Both the position numbers and the translations under genes were made by a program. DNA of 64,000 nt, taken from Ekhidna sp. (GTDB lineage: Bacteria > Bacteroidota > Bacteroidia > Cytophagales > Cyclobacteriaceae). Location: NCBI GenBank assembly GCA_965267215.1, contig OZ253940.1, forward strand, positions 2,478,097-2,542,096. Reading direction: 5' to 3'. Below the pieces are notes generated by a model. The model ran no database searches, was not told where the DNA came from, and saw nothing but the letters and a program-made list of their open reading frames with translations. Position 1 is the first letter of the stretch. Each line of letters opens with the position of its first letter. This document shows, piece after piece, positions 1 to 9,292 of the stretch.

Positions 1-1259
1 CATTTCGAATGTTTATATCCCTTCAGTCCGTACCATGCAATATATGCAAAGCAAATGATGGTAATTAAGAAGGAATTATGAAGCCCAAGTGAGCTATCGG
101 CCAGCAGACCTTGAAGTGGGGGTATCAGTGCTCCTCCTACAATGGATGCTACCAGTATTCCTGAACCTTTACTTGTCTGTGCTCCAAGCCCATCGATGGC
201 CAACGTAAAAATGTTGCTCCACATAATTGACAAAAACAATCCCGTTCCTATAAGAAAGACCATTGCTGTATAACCAGAAGAGATATTAAACAAAAGCATC
301 ATAATGATACAAATAGAGGCAGCTAATGTTAGCAAGCGAGCACTGGAAATGTATTTTAGAATAAGCGTTCCCAACAATCTACCAACCATTAGGCCTCCCC
401 AATAGAATGGAAGATACCATGCACCAACCTCTCTGAACCTAGCAGTCTTAGCTTCACTTTCTGTTATGCCAGCAACATAAACCTGAAAATCTTCCAGGTA
501 AGGAAAAATATTCTCGCTTAAATAGATCACTAAAAATGAGGCAATAGTCACCTCTGCTCCCACATATAGAAAGATTGCGATTGCTCCTTTAACCAGATGT
601 CTGTTACTCCAAATGCTTTTATCACTAACCTCCTTTTCTTCTTTTTCTAACTGAACTACCTCGGGAAGCTTAAGAAAGGCAAAAACGAAAGCAAGTAATA
701 AAAGTAATCCACCAAGTACCAGGTATGGCATTTGAACAGCTTCTGCTTGTTCCTTGGGGCTCAGACCGCCCAGGCCTCTGAGGATAAAATAGCTTCCTGC
801 CAAGGGTGCAATCACTTTTGCCACACTATTGAATCCTTGGGCTAGATTCAATCTGTTGGATGCTTTTTCAGGGACTCCTAATCTGGCAACATAAGGATTT
901 GCAGCCACTTGAAGTAGTGTCACACCAGAAGCCAGCACAAAAATAGCAGCCAGAAAAATAGGATATGAAATTGCTATAGATGCAGGGTAAAATAACCAGC
1001 TTCCGATAGCCATAACAATCAATCCGACAATGATTCCTTTGTGATAGCCGATGCGATTCAAGAGCCAAGATGATGGAAGGCTGACAAAGAAGAAGGCAAT
1101 GAAAAAGGCAAATTGAACCAGTGCGGCCTGAAAATTACTTAGACTAAAAAGTCCCTTCAGGTAAGGAATTAGTGCACCATCGAGTTCAGTAAGGAAACCC
1201 CAGGTAAAGAATAACAAAACCATGTAGAACATGGAAAAGCCGTAATTATGCCTATTCAT
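1..1259 (-). CDS. gluP: Glucose/galactose (GluP/FucP-type) MFS sugar transporter, 3' end runs off the window
   Basis: Not in the ORF track because no stop is in the window. Manual translation from ATG 1259 (ATGA overlap with the upstream stop) gives MNRHNYGFSMFYMVLLFFTWGFLTELDGALIPYLK...LLQVAANPYV...RLNLAQGFNS...FLYVGAEV...SIMWSNIFTLAI, typical FucP/GluP motifs. Confidence 0.9.
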   Translation of the reverse strand, partial: MNRHNYGFSMFYMVLLFFTWGFLTELDGALIPYLKGLFSLSNFQAALVQFAFFIAFFFVSLPSSWLLNRIGYHKGIIVGLIVMAIGSWLFYPASIAISYPIFLAAIFVLASGVTLLQVAANPYVARLGVPEKASNRLNLAQGFNSVAKVIAPLAGSYFILRGLGGLSPKEQAEAVQMPYLVLGGLLLLLAFVFAFLKLPEVVQLEKEEKEVSDKSIWSNRHLVKGAIAIFLYVGAEVTIASFLVIYLSENIFPYLEDFQVYVAGITESEAKTARFREVGAWYLPFYWGGLMVGRLLGTLILKYISSARLLTLAASICIIMMLLFNISSGYTAMVFLIGTGLFLSIMWSNIFTLAIDGLGAQTSKGSGILVASIVGGALIPPLQGLLADSSLGLHNSFLITIICFAYIAWYGLKGYKHSK

Positions 1260-2230
1260 GCTGTAAAGGCTTTTGCGTCAATCAGTTCATTTTTTCCATC
1301 TACTGCATGAGCGTAATTAAAACCCGGATGAATGGCGTAAGCACCCACATTACCAGCAATATCCATCGCCAGATAACCTACCTGAAATGCTCTATAATCC
1401 AGTTTATCCACGATTCGTTGAATCGCTTCCTGACATGCTACCTGAGGTGTCATTCCTTGTCTTATCAACTCCACAACTAAAAATGAACCTAACGTCTTCA
1501 TCATTAATTCCCCCATACCAGTAGCTACAGCTGCTCCAAAATCATTATCTACGAAGAGGCCGGCACCTATGATTGGTGAATCTCCCACCCTCCCGTGCAT
1601 TTTATAGGCTAATCCACTGGTTGTACACGAGCCCGAAAGATTACCTTTAGCATCCTGGCAGATCATCCCTATAGTATCATGATTTTCGACATTAATAATT
1701 GGTTTGTATTCCGCTTCCTTCAACCACGCTTTCCAAGCTTTCCTGGAACTTTCCGTCAAGAGATTTTCTTCAGCAAATCCTTGAGCAATGGCAAATCTTT
1801 TCGCACCATCACCTGCCAACATCACATGAGGCGTTTCTTCCATTACTTTTCTAGCTACCGCCACGGGATGCTTGATATTTTGAAGAAAACATACTGAGCC
1901 TGCATTTCCGTGGTGATCCATGATACAAGCATCCAATGTCACATTTCCGTCTCGATCGGGTAATCCACCAATTCCTACAGATGAACCATTTGGATCTGCT
2001 TCTACAACCATGACTCCTTTCTCTGCACCATCTAAGGCACTACCACCTCCTTCCATCACTTCCATAGCTTCTTTATTCGCTGGTAGCCCATGATTCCATG
2101 TGCTCAACGCAGATGGACGTCTTGCTCTTACGGTGACCTGATTTGAGGACTCTGCACATGCAGTGGTAGCTAAACCAGCTCCAGCGGTCAGAGCGATCGA
2201 GTTTTTGATGAATTTTCTTCTTGAGGTCAT
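1256..2230 (-). CDS. aspG: N4-(beta-N-acetylglucosaminyl)-L-asparaginase (glycosylasparaginase), Ntn hydrolase with Tat signal
   Basis: Twin-arginine signal SRRKFI; autoproteolysis site HD|TIG; GRVGDSPIIGAG motif. Confidence 0.9.
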   Translation of the reverse strand: MTSRRKFIKNSIALTAGAGLATTACAESSNQVTVRARRPSALSTWNHGLPANKEAMEVMEGGGSALDGAEKGVMVVEADPNGSSVGIGGLPDRDGNVTLDACIMDHHGNAGSVCFLQNIKHPVAVARKVMEETPHVMLAGDGAKRFAIAQGFAEENLLTESSRKAWKAWLKEAEYKPIINVENHDTIGMICQDAKGNLSGSCTTSGLAYKMHGRVGDSPIIGAGLFVDNDFGAAVATGMGELMMKTLGSFLVVELIRQGMTPQVACQEAIQRIVDKLDYRAFQVGYLAMDIAGNVGAYAIHPGFNYAHAVDGKNELIDAKAFTA

Positions 2231-2234
2231 AGGG

Positions 2235-5111
2235 TTAGTTGATTATGATTTCATCAGCAAAGATCCACGACTTACCACCTGCACCTTTATGATCAGGTGG
2301 GCAAACGCCACGGTTTGTAGCAACTAGCTTGATGTACCTTGCTTTGACTTTCTTGTTGAGTTCAAAATCTTTAAGTATCGTTCCTTTTTGTGTGTACTGA
2401 ATGGAATTCTTTACCTCACCCAATTTCTTAAACTCCTTTCCATCCACGGATCCGAAGAACTGAATTTCCAAAGGCATGAAAATCCAGGAATTTTCATCCT
2501 GCAAAAACCCAATTTTGAACGTACTAAAATTTCCAACTTTCTGCATATCCACAATTGCTTCAAGATCTACACCTTCATAACCCTGCCATGCTCCCGTTCG
2601 ATAATCTGAACCTCCTCTTACAAAATCCACCAATGCCATGTCTCCACCAGCCGAGTAGTGATTCGCATATGCTGTTCCAAGTTCAATGGATCTTCTTTCA
2701 GGAATTCTGTAAAACTTACTCTTTCCTTTGAGACTCCTATTTCCTTCCTTTTCGGCCCAAACATATAAATCTGTTGAACGATAAATATCAAATGGTTTTT
2801 GATAGACGATACCTTCTGAATCATTCTCATCAAAAGCATATTTGATGACTGCCTGAGAAGTTGATAGTGACAATGCGATCTGAGTGGATTCCATAAAAGC
2901 ATGATCACCTGATTCAAGTGCAGGAATTGCGACAGTCTCTACTTCAATCCTTGATTTGGGCCTGTTCTTCTTCGCTTTTCCAAATTCAGTTGAGGTACTA
3001 CTCATTTCAAATCGCAACTTACCTCCCGCTACAATGTCTTCATGCTTTATCCAGGAAAAAGGATGATCACCTCCGTTTAGACTTGCTTTATTTATATAGA
3101 TATTATCTTCCTTATTATCAGTAGCTTCAACAATGAATTTTTTTCCATTCTCAAGATTGATGGTTGCTTTTTCAAACCATGGACTTCCAATAATGTAGTT
3201 GGCACTTCCTGGGGCAACCGGATAGAAGCCTAAAGCACTCATCACTAACCAGGCTGACATCTGCCCACAGTCTTCATTGCCTGAAAGGCCATCAGGTTGA
3301 TCCGAGTACAGGTCATCCATGATCCGTCGTACAATCTTCTGTGTTTTATCTGGCCTTCCGACGAAGTTGTATAAGTAGGGAATATGATGACTTGGTTCAT
3401 TCCCATGGGCATATTGTCCAATCAAGCCTGTAATGTCCGCCTGATCTCGGCCAAAAGTCTTCGAACTGGCATTGAAAATATCATCCAACTTTTGCTCTGC
3501 TGCATGATACCCACCAAGCATCTCTATCCATGATTCAACATCCTGAGGGATGTAATAGCTGTATTGCCAGGAATTAGCTTCTGTATAATTGAAATTGACC
3601 TCTGCTGGCTCAAATGGGTAAAACCAACGGTTATTGTTACGGGCTCGCATAAATCCTGTTGAAGGATCAAAAACATTCTTATAGTTCTGAGCTCTTTTGT
3701 AGTATTCTCGTGCCATCTCTACCTCACCCATACGATTCGCCATTTGAGCAATGGTCCAGTCATCGTAAGCATATTCCAACGTTTTAGACACACTTTCTGC
3801 TTCCAAGTCCGACGGAATGTATCCATAAGTACGATAATCTGCTATTCCAAGTCTGTCTTGCATAGAACTATGGATCATTGATTCAAGGGCTAAATCTGCG
3901 TCGTATCCCTGGATACCTTTCATGTATGCATCAGCTATCACCGGGACAGCATGATAGCCAATCATACATCCTGTGTAGTTAGCGGCTAACTCCCACATAG
4001 GCAACCTACCTCCATACTCATATTGTTTTAAAAAAGTATTGATGAAATGATTGGTTCGTTCCTGTTCAAGGATAGTATAAAGCGGATGTGTACTTCGATA
4101 TGTATCCCAAAGAGAAAAAACTGTATGGTTTACAAAAGAGCTATCCTGATGGATTTCGAGATCCGTACTGCGATACCTGCCGTCCAAATCATGATAAACG
4201 TTAGGGGCAATCATAGTATGGTACAAAGCAGTATAAAAAACACGTTTCTGCTTTTCCGAACCCCCTTCCACATTGATCTTATCCAGTTGTTTTTGCCATT
4301 CCTTCCGGGCACTTTTTTTGGTTTTTTCAAAGTCCCAGTGATCAATTTCTGTTAAATTCTTTTTCGCACCTTCCTCATCAACAGCGGAGATAGACACCTT
4401 AACCTTGAGTTTTTCTCCTTCTCCAAACGAGATTGCAGCTTTTAACTGCGTGTCGTTTTCATATTTCAGAGATTCAATTGGCTGATCAAAAATGATTCTG
4501 AAATAAACAAATTGTTTCTCCGCCCACGCTTTGCTATGCCTATATCCCGTTATTTCATACTCATTCACCTGCTCCAGTTTCGTTTCGATTACCTCATCCC
4601 TGTGATCCAGGTCAATGATTAGTTTTCTGTCTTTTGAATCATTGAAATGATATTGATGAAAACCGACCCGTGTGGAAGTGGTTAACTCTGCATAAATGTC
4701 ATTATCCTCAAGATTGACACTGTAATAGCCAGCACCTGCACTTTCACTCTTTTTTCTAAAAAAAGATCGATAGCCTATGTTCCCATCTGATCCATTATTG
4801 AAATGGGTTTCTCCCGTATAGGGCATTAACAATACATCTCCATAATCAGATACACCTGTGCCACTTAAATGGGTATGACTAAATCCGTAGATCATGGAAT
4901 CCGAATAATGGTAACCGGAGCATCCATCCCATCCTTCCAGTCGGGTATCCGGGCTCAATTGTACCATCCCAAAAGGTACTGTTGCTCCAGGAAACGTGTG
5001 CCCGTGACCACCTGTGCCAATAAATGGATCGACAAACTCGATGGTTGATTTATCCATTGTGCAGGAAATCAGGAAGATTATCGGAAAGATTATCAGGTTT
5101 AGTCTCTTCAT
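2235..5111 (-). CDS. GH92 alpha-mannosidase (lipoprotein) with C-terminal Fn3-like and F5/8C-like domains
   Basis: VDPFIGTGGHGHTFPGA, QYAHGNEPSHH and GNEDCGQMSAW motifs; lipobox LISC. Confidence 0.92.
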   Translation of the reverse strand: MKRLNLIIFPIIFLISCTMDKSTIEFVDPFIGTGGHGHTFPGATVPFGMVQLSPDTRLEGWDGCSGYHYSDSMIYGFSHTHLSGTGVSDYGDVLLMPYTGETHFNNGSDGNIGYRSFFRKKSESAGAGYYSVNLEDNDIYAELTTSTRVGFHQYHFNDSKDRKLIIDLDHRDEVIETKLEQVNEYEITGYRHSKAWAEKQFVYFRIIFDQPIESLKYENDTQLKAAISFGEGEKLKVKVSISAVDEEGAKKNLTEIDHWDFEKTKKSARKEWQKQLDKINVEGGSEKQKRVFYTALYHTMIAPNVYHDLDGRYRSTDLEIHQDSSFVNHTVFSLWDTYRSTHPLYTILEQERTNHFINTFLKQYEYGGRLPMWELAANYTGCMIGYHAVPVIADAYMKGIQGYDADLALESMIHSSMQDRLGIADYRTYGYIPSDLEAESVSKTLEYAYDDWTIAQMANRMGEVEMAREYYKRAQNYKNVFDPSTGFMRARNNNRWFYPFEPAEVNFNYTEANSWQYSYYIPQDVESWIEMLGGYHAAEQKLDDIFNASSKTFGRDQADITGLIGQYAHGNEPSHHIPYLYNFVGRPDKTQKIVRRIMDDLYSDQPDGLSGNEDCGQMSAWLVMSALGFYPVAPGSANYIIGSPWFEKATINLENGKKFIVEATDNKEDNIYINKASLNGGDHPFSWIKHEDIVAGGKLRFEMSSTSTEFGKAKKNRPKSRIEVETVAIPALESGDHAFMESTQIALSLSTSQAVIKYAFDENDSEGIVYQKPFDIYRSTDLYVWAEKEGNRSLKGKSKFYRIPERRSIELGTAYANHYSAGGDMALVDFVRGGSDYRTGAWQGYEGVDLEAIVDMQKVGNFSTFKIGFLQDENSWIFMPLEIQFFGSVDGKEFKKLGEVKNSIQYTQKGTILKDFELNKKVKARYIKLVATNRGVCPPDHKGAGGKSWIFADEIIIN

Positions 5112-5178
5112 AAGGAGCTGGAAATTAATAAAAATGCTCCTTTATTGATGGGACATTACATCAGATCATAGACTAACT

Positions 5179-5571
5179 TCATGAGTGTTTTCGTACCCTC
5201 TTTGCTAATAAATGATGCTTTACGTTGATGTATACTGCTGCAAGTACACTGATAACGAGCCCAATAGCTGTTGCAATATCGACCAGTTTCCGATCAAAAT
5301 CCCTTCCTGTTATTTTCTCTAACATATACTCGGTGAAAGAACTCGGAATATTTTGTTCTCCAAGTGCTCGTTTAATGTCCCAGTGCCAATCTGTGAGAGG
5401 ACAGTAACCAATCACACCTTTATAAAGTCCGATGATCAGCCACGCAATTAAGACAAGTGAAATAGCAATGATATGTGCCTTTCTGGTGGATTTGGGTATC
5501 CATCCAAACAAGACAAACAGTACAAAAACACTGTGAAAAAAGGTAAGAAAATAATCCAGAAATACATTCAT
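5179..5571 (-). CDS. DUF2784-family small membrane protein
   Basis: HSVFVLF...YCPLTDWHW...SFTEY pattern; three hydrophobic segments. Confidence 0.75.
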   Translation of the reverse strand: MNVFLDYFLTFFHSVFVLFVLFGWIPKSTRKAHIIAISLVLIAWLIIGLYKGVIGYCPLTDWHWDIKRALGEQNIPSSFTEYMLEKITGRDFDRKLVDIATAIGLVISVLAAVYINVKHHLLAKRVRKHS

Positions 5572-5634
5572 AAGCTCGTCACTATCTAAGATAATGCCAA
5601 GTAATTTTCTTTATTAAAAAATTATCCTGATTTC

Positions 5635-6519
5635 TTATCGATCATCCAGTCCAAATGTCTCAATGAAATCTTTGTTTCTCCAGATAGTGGTTAATATTTC
5701 TTCACTCTTATCTTTCGTTTCTTTGAATGGATGATCCCTGTACAGCTCAGTATATATTTTCTCATACTCAGTTTCCATGTTTTTAGCCTCGGCCTCAGAA
5801 AGGTCGCTGATACGTTGGCGGAAATTTGTATTCCACTTAAGTTTATCAGGATTGACAAAACCTCTTTCTACAAAACCTTTCGTCTTCTTTGGGCACCTAC
5901 ATGGATTGTTTGTATTCACCAACCCACACTTCTTATTCATCCAGTTATATAAATCTTTTCTAACCCTGGAAAGCCTTTTGCGGAAATTGGCTGGAGTAAT
6001 CCCAAAAATATCGGCTCCCGTTTGATGATCTATTTCAAACAACTCACCCAGTATATAGATCATTCTTTGCTCTCGATCCAAACACATGAGCATACCCGCC
6101 ATACAGGTAACTCTTACTTCATCAATCAATTCTTGATTATCCAACTCTTCTGAAGTTGACATAGGATAATCATCCACACTATCGATGATTCCAAAGAATG
6201 TATCGAATCCATTGACTACAACTTTCTCCGGTCCGCTTTTCTTAGCTTTCAAAAAATGATTTAAAACAATTCGATAAAGCCAAGTAGTAAATTTTGCTTT
6301 CTCAGGCTTAAACGAAGAGATGCTCGTTACCAACTTGATAGTCACTTCTTGTGCAGCATCTTCAGCATCCTGTTCATTATTAAAAAATTTGAGCGAAATA
6401 TTGTAGATGTACGCATAGTGTTTATCGATTAATTCCGACAGAGCTTCTCGCTCTCCTTCTCGGATTTTTTTGATCAACCCCAAATCTTCCTGGTTGGATA
6501 CCTCTTTATCAATTATCAT
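5635..6519 (-). CDS. ECF sigma-70 factor with Cys-rich C-terminal extension (alternative GTG start at 6540)
   Basis: Region 2 DAEDAAQEV...FTTWLYRIVLN; region 4 ITPANFRKRLSRVR; extension KCGLVNTNNPCRCPKK. Confidence 0.88.
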   Translation of the reverse strand: MIIDKEVSNQEDLGLIKKIREGEREALSELIDKHYAYIYNISLKFFNNEQDAEDAAQEVTIKLVTSISSFKPEKAKFTTWLYRIVLNHFLKAKKSGPEKVVVNGFDTFFGIIDSVDDYPMSTSEELDNQELIDEVRVTCMAGMLMCLDREQRMIYILGELFEIDHQTGADIFGITPANFRKRLSRVRKDLYNWMNKKCGLVNTNNPCRCPKKTKGFVERGFVNPDKLKWNTNFRQRISDLSEAEAKNMETEYEKIYTELYRDHPFKETKDKSEEILTTIWRNKDFIETFGLDDR

Positions 6520-6671
6520 AATTTCTATTTTATTGATCACTAATGATCACCAAGTTTATTCATTCCGATTCTTTTAGTGTAACCCATTTTTCTACTACAG
6601 CCATTTCAGAATTATCATCGGGTCTTTCACGCTTGAATACTAAACTTACATTTTGAATCTTTTTTATTTGA

Positions 6672-6700
6672 TATCCTGGTTTTAAAGAAGTGTGACAGAA
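6672..6700 (-). promoter_or_regulatory. Putative ECF promoter TTCTGTCACAC-N13-GGATA upstream of the sigma gene
   Basis: Plus strand tatcc 6672-6676 and gtgtgacagaa 6690-6700; the same motif and spacing recur at 8308-8336. Confidence 0.7.
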
Positions 6701-6777
6701 TCACATAAAAAATTCGAAAAGAGGAAGTATTGTAATGTACTCCCTCTTAAATAAGTCTACATTCTACATTTAGTCTT

Positions 6778-7497
6778 CTACTGAATAAGTGGCTTTAAGT
6801 GAAATACTTCTTTGTAGGGTGTCGCAGCTTCTCTCAGGTGTACATTGTCTTTGAAAGCCTTGGTTTTCTCTAGTTTATCGACTGCCTCAGGGCCACCTTT
6901 CCATTCAGCAAAGGCAATTAAGCTTGGATGCCAGTTTTGATCCTTAGCTCCTGCTGAGTTTAAGGTGATAATTGGAGTATAACCAATTTTTGGTTTGGTA
7001 GCCTCCGGCATTACTGCACCAAAGTATTGCTGAAGCTTGGGAGCATTTGCTGGATCTATCCATAGCGCAGCAAAGTCATACACCTTATTATCCTGTACCT
7101 CAACCATCTTATTTTCCTCTACCTGAAAATAACCTTGCACCAAATAGTCAAGTGCATTATCACGGATGTTCCTGAGTTTTAAGAATTCAGGATTTCGCTC
7201 AAATTTTCTTTTCTGTTCTAAACTCTCCCACTCAAAGAAAACCACAACTTTTGCTGGGTTATCTCCAATCACCTTGCGAGTGGTCGCAAAGCTTGCTATT
7301 GGCTTAGCACCATATGGTACTGCCACGGGCATCACCTTAGAAAAATACTCCTGGTAGAATTGACTCTCTTTTCCTTCTTTTACTGAAAGAAGGGCTACTT
7401 CCACAAGCTTACCTTTAGTGAAGGTAATACTCTGCTTTTTCTGTGCTGAAACTGTTACAGCCAAGAACAGTGCAGCAATGAATAGTACATTTTTCAT
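6778..7497 (-). CDS. Secreted protein with two DUF1330-like domains
   Basis: Signal peptide MKNVLFIAALFLAVTVSAQ (ATG 7497 preferred over 7554); two repeats ending VVVFFEWESLE...FLKLR and IAFAEWKGGPE...NVHLR. Confidence 0.7.
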   Translation of the reverse strand: MKNVLFIAALFLAVTVSAQKKQSITFTKGKLVEVALLSVKEGKESQFYQEYFSKVMPVAVPYGAKPIASFATTRKVIGDNPAKVVVFFEWESLEQKRKFERNPEFLKLRNIRDNALDYLVQGYFQVEENKMVEVQDNKVYDFAALWIDPANAPKLQQYFGAVMPEATKPKIGYTPIITLNSAGAKDQNWHPSLIAFAEWKGGPEAVDKLEKTKAFKDNVHLREAATPYKEVFHLKPLIQ

Positions 7498-7531
7498 CGT
7501 AATTGATTTATTTTTAAAAATTGAATTTGAA

Positions 7532-8278
7532 TTAAACCTGAGCCATTCCGCCATCGACAGGAAGCTCTACACCATTGACATAAGAGGCTTCATCTGAAGC
7601 AAGGAACAGTACTGCTTTTGCGATTTCTTCGCTCGTTCCCATTCTTCCTAATGGAACCATTGTTTTCACCTGCTCTTTAAAGCCATTGGCTTGCTCTTCT
7701 GTAAGATCCATTTTACCCCATACTGGTGTTTCTATGGGTCCGGGCGACATGGCATTAACTCGAATTTTTCTTGGAGCTAGTTCCATCGATAAGGTTCTCA
7801 CCAGCGACCGCATAGCTGCTTTTGTTGCAGCATATACACTCAAACCAGGCATCCCCTTTACATTTGACACGCTCGTATTCAGAATAATGCTCGCTTCATC
7901 ATTTAGATGTGGAAGGGCCGCCTGAATTGTGAAATAGGTACCAGCAAAATTCACATCCATCATAGCATCATAGTATTCACGATCAGCCATTTCAAAAGGC
8001 CTTGGCTTAGCGATACCCGCATTGATGAATAGCACATCAATCTTTCCAAACTTTTCTGCTGCTTGAATCAGTGCATTTTGCACTTTCTCTTCCTGACTGA
8101 CATCAGCTACTAAACCCAGAGAGTTTTCTGAAGCACTGGTATTAAAATCGTCTATTGCTTCTTGTCGTCTGCCTATAATTGTCACTTTCGCTCCTTCTTT
8201 TTCAAAAAGTTTCGCGGTTTCTAAGCCCATACCACTATTTCCACCAGTGATAAAGGTTACTTTGTCCTTAAGTCTCAT
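7532..8278 (-). CDS. Short-chain dehydrogenase/reductase (SDR)
   Basis: TGGNSGMG Rossmann motif, NAG, catalytic YAATK. Confidence 0.93.
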   Translation of the reverse strand: MRLKDKVTFITGGNSGMGLETAKLFEKEGAKVTIIGRRQEAIDDFNTSASENSLGLVADVSQEEKVQNALIQAAEKFGKIDVLFINAGIAKPRPFEMADREYYDAMMDVNFAGTYFTIQAALPHLNDEASIILNTSVSNVKGMPGLSVYAATKAAMRSLVRTLSMELAPRKIRVNAMSPGPIETPVWGKMDLTEEQANGFKEQVKTMVPLGRMGTSEEIAKAVLFLASDEASYVNGVELPVDGGMAQV

Positions 8279-8307
8279 TTCTAGTATTTTAAAATTTATA
8301 CTAGTTG

Positions 8308-8336
8308 TATCCGGCTATTGTGCGGGTGTGACAGAA
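8308..8336 (-). promoter_or_regulatory. Putative ECF promoter TTCTGTCACAC-N13-GGATA upstream of the SDR-DUF1330 operon
   Basis: Plus strand tatcc 8308-8312 and gtgtgacagaa 8326-8336; 30 nt upstream of the SDR ATG. Confidence 0.72.
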
Positions 8337-8431
8337 CCTGGGATATTTAATTAACAATTCCAGCACCAAACTTCATTTTAGATGTTGCATGCTTGATCAT
8401 CCACTCCTTTGATGAATCAAATTTCAAATCT

Positions 8432-8439
8432 TAACTTTG
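8432..8439 (+). promoter_or_regulatory. Bacteroidota housekeeping-sigma -7 element TAACTTTG
   Basis: Exact TAnnTTTG match 4 nt upstream of the PPIase ATG. Confidence 0.55.
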
Positions 8440-8443
8440 ACAT

Positions 8444-9250
8444 ATGCGAACTAACCTAATCATTCTTCTTTTCGGAGTACTGGCGGCTTGTTCCACTCCT
8501 AAAAGCAGTGAAGAAACTACTAAACCTATCCAAGTTGAACTTCAAACGACTAAGGGCACAATTATCTTAGAGTTATCTGACAAGACCCCTCAGCACCGAG
8601 ATAACTTCGTAAAGCTTATAGAAGCAGGAGTTTACGACAGTATCCTATTCCATCGAGTGATCAATGATTTTGTGGTACAAGCTGGAGAGCGAGATAGTAC
8701 ATATGTATTTGAGGATGATGAAATCAAAGACGATTATAAAGTTCCTGCTGAGTTTGACTCAACTCTGTTTCACAAAAGAGGGGCTCTGGGTGCAGCAAGA
8801 GATGGAAATCCGGAAAGAGCATCTTCAGCTATTCAGTTTTACATCGTTCAAAGAGGACCAAACGCTGATAGCCTTATTGATGAGGGAGAAACGCGGATCA
8901 ATAATTGGCTGGCAAGTCACTATACATTAAATGCCCCTGAAAATCAAGCGCTAAAGGATTCTATCACAAAAGCGATTGAAGAGGAGAATTGGGAGGAATA
9001 TTCGATGCTCAATGATTCCATTCAATCATTAGCAGAATCATTTGAATTCCAAAAATATGAAATACCGGAAGCCCATCGTGATACTTATCGAACGCTAGGT
9101 GGAACTCCACACCTGGATCAAAACTATACAGTATTCGGAGAGGTCGTCGATGGAATGAATGTAGTCGATTCCATTGCTGCAGTGCAAGTAAATGATCAGA
9201 ATCGTCCCATCAAGGATATACGGATTATCTCAGCACGAATTCTAAAATAA
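8444..9250 (+). CDS. Cyclophilin-type peptidyl-prolyl isomerase, lipoprotein
   Basis: Lipobox LAAC; FHRVINDFVVQAG, FHKRGALGAAR, HLDQNYTVFGEV. Confidence 0.92.
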   Translation: MRTNLIILLFGVLAACSTPKSSEETTKPIQVELQTTKGTIILELSDKTPQHRDNFVKLIEAGVYDSILFHRVINDFVVQAGERDSTYVFEDDEIKDDYKVPAEFDSTLFHKRGALGAARDGNPERASSAIQFYIVQRGPNADSLIDEGETRINNWLASHYTLNAPENQALKDSITKAIEEENWEEYSMLNDSIQSLAESFEFQKYEIPEAHRDTYRTLGGTPHLDQNYTVFGEVVDGMNVVDSIAAVQVNDQNRPIKDIRIISARILK

Positions 9251-9292
9251 CTTTAGTAGACAAATGCATTCTGATCAATAAAATAAATCATT

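Noticed and set aside
6560-6700. 46-codon open frame on the minus strand (…PGYQIKKIQNVSLVFKRERPDDNSEMAVVEKWVTLKESE*) in the sigma leader
   Set aside because: No start codon for the long form, and it overlaps the predicted promoter. It could be a gene remnant or a 14-codon uORF, but I cannot support either without a homology search.
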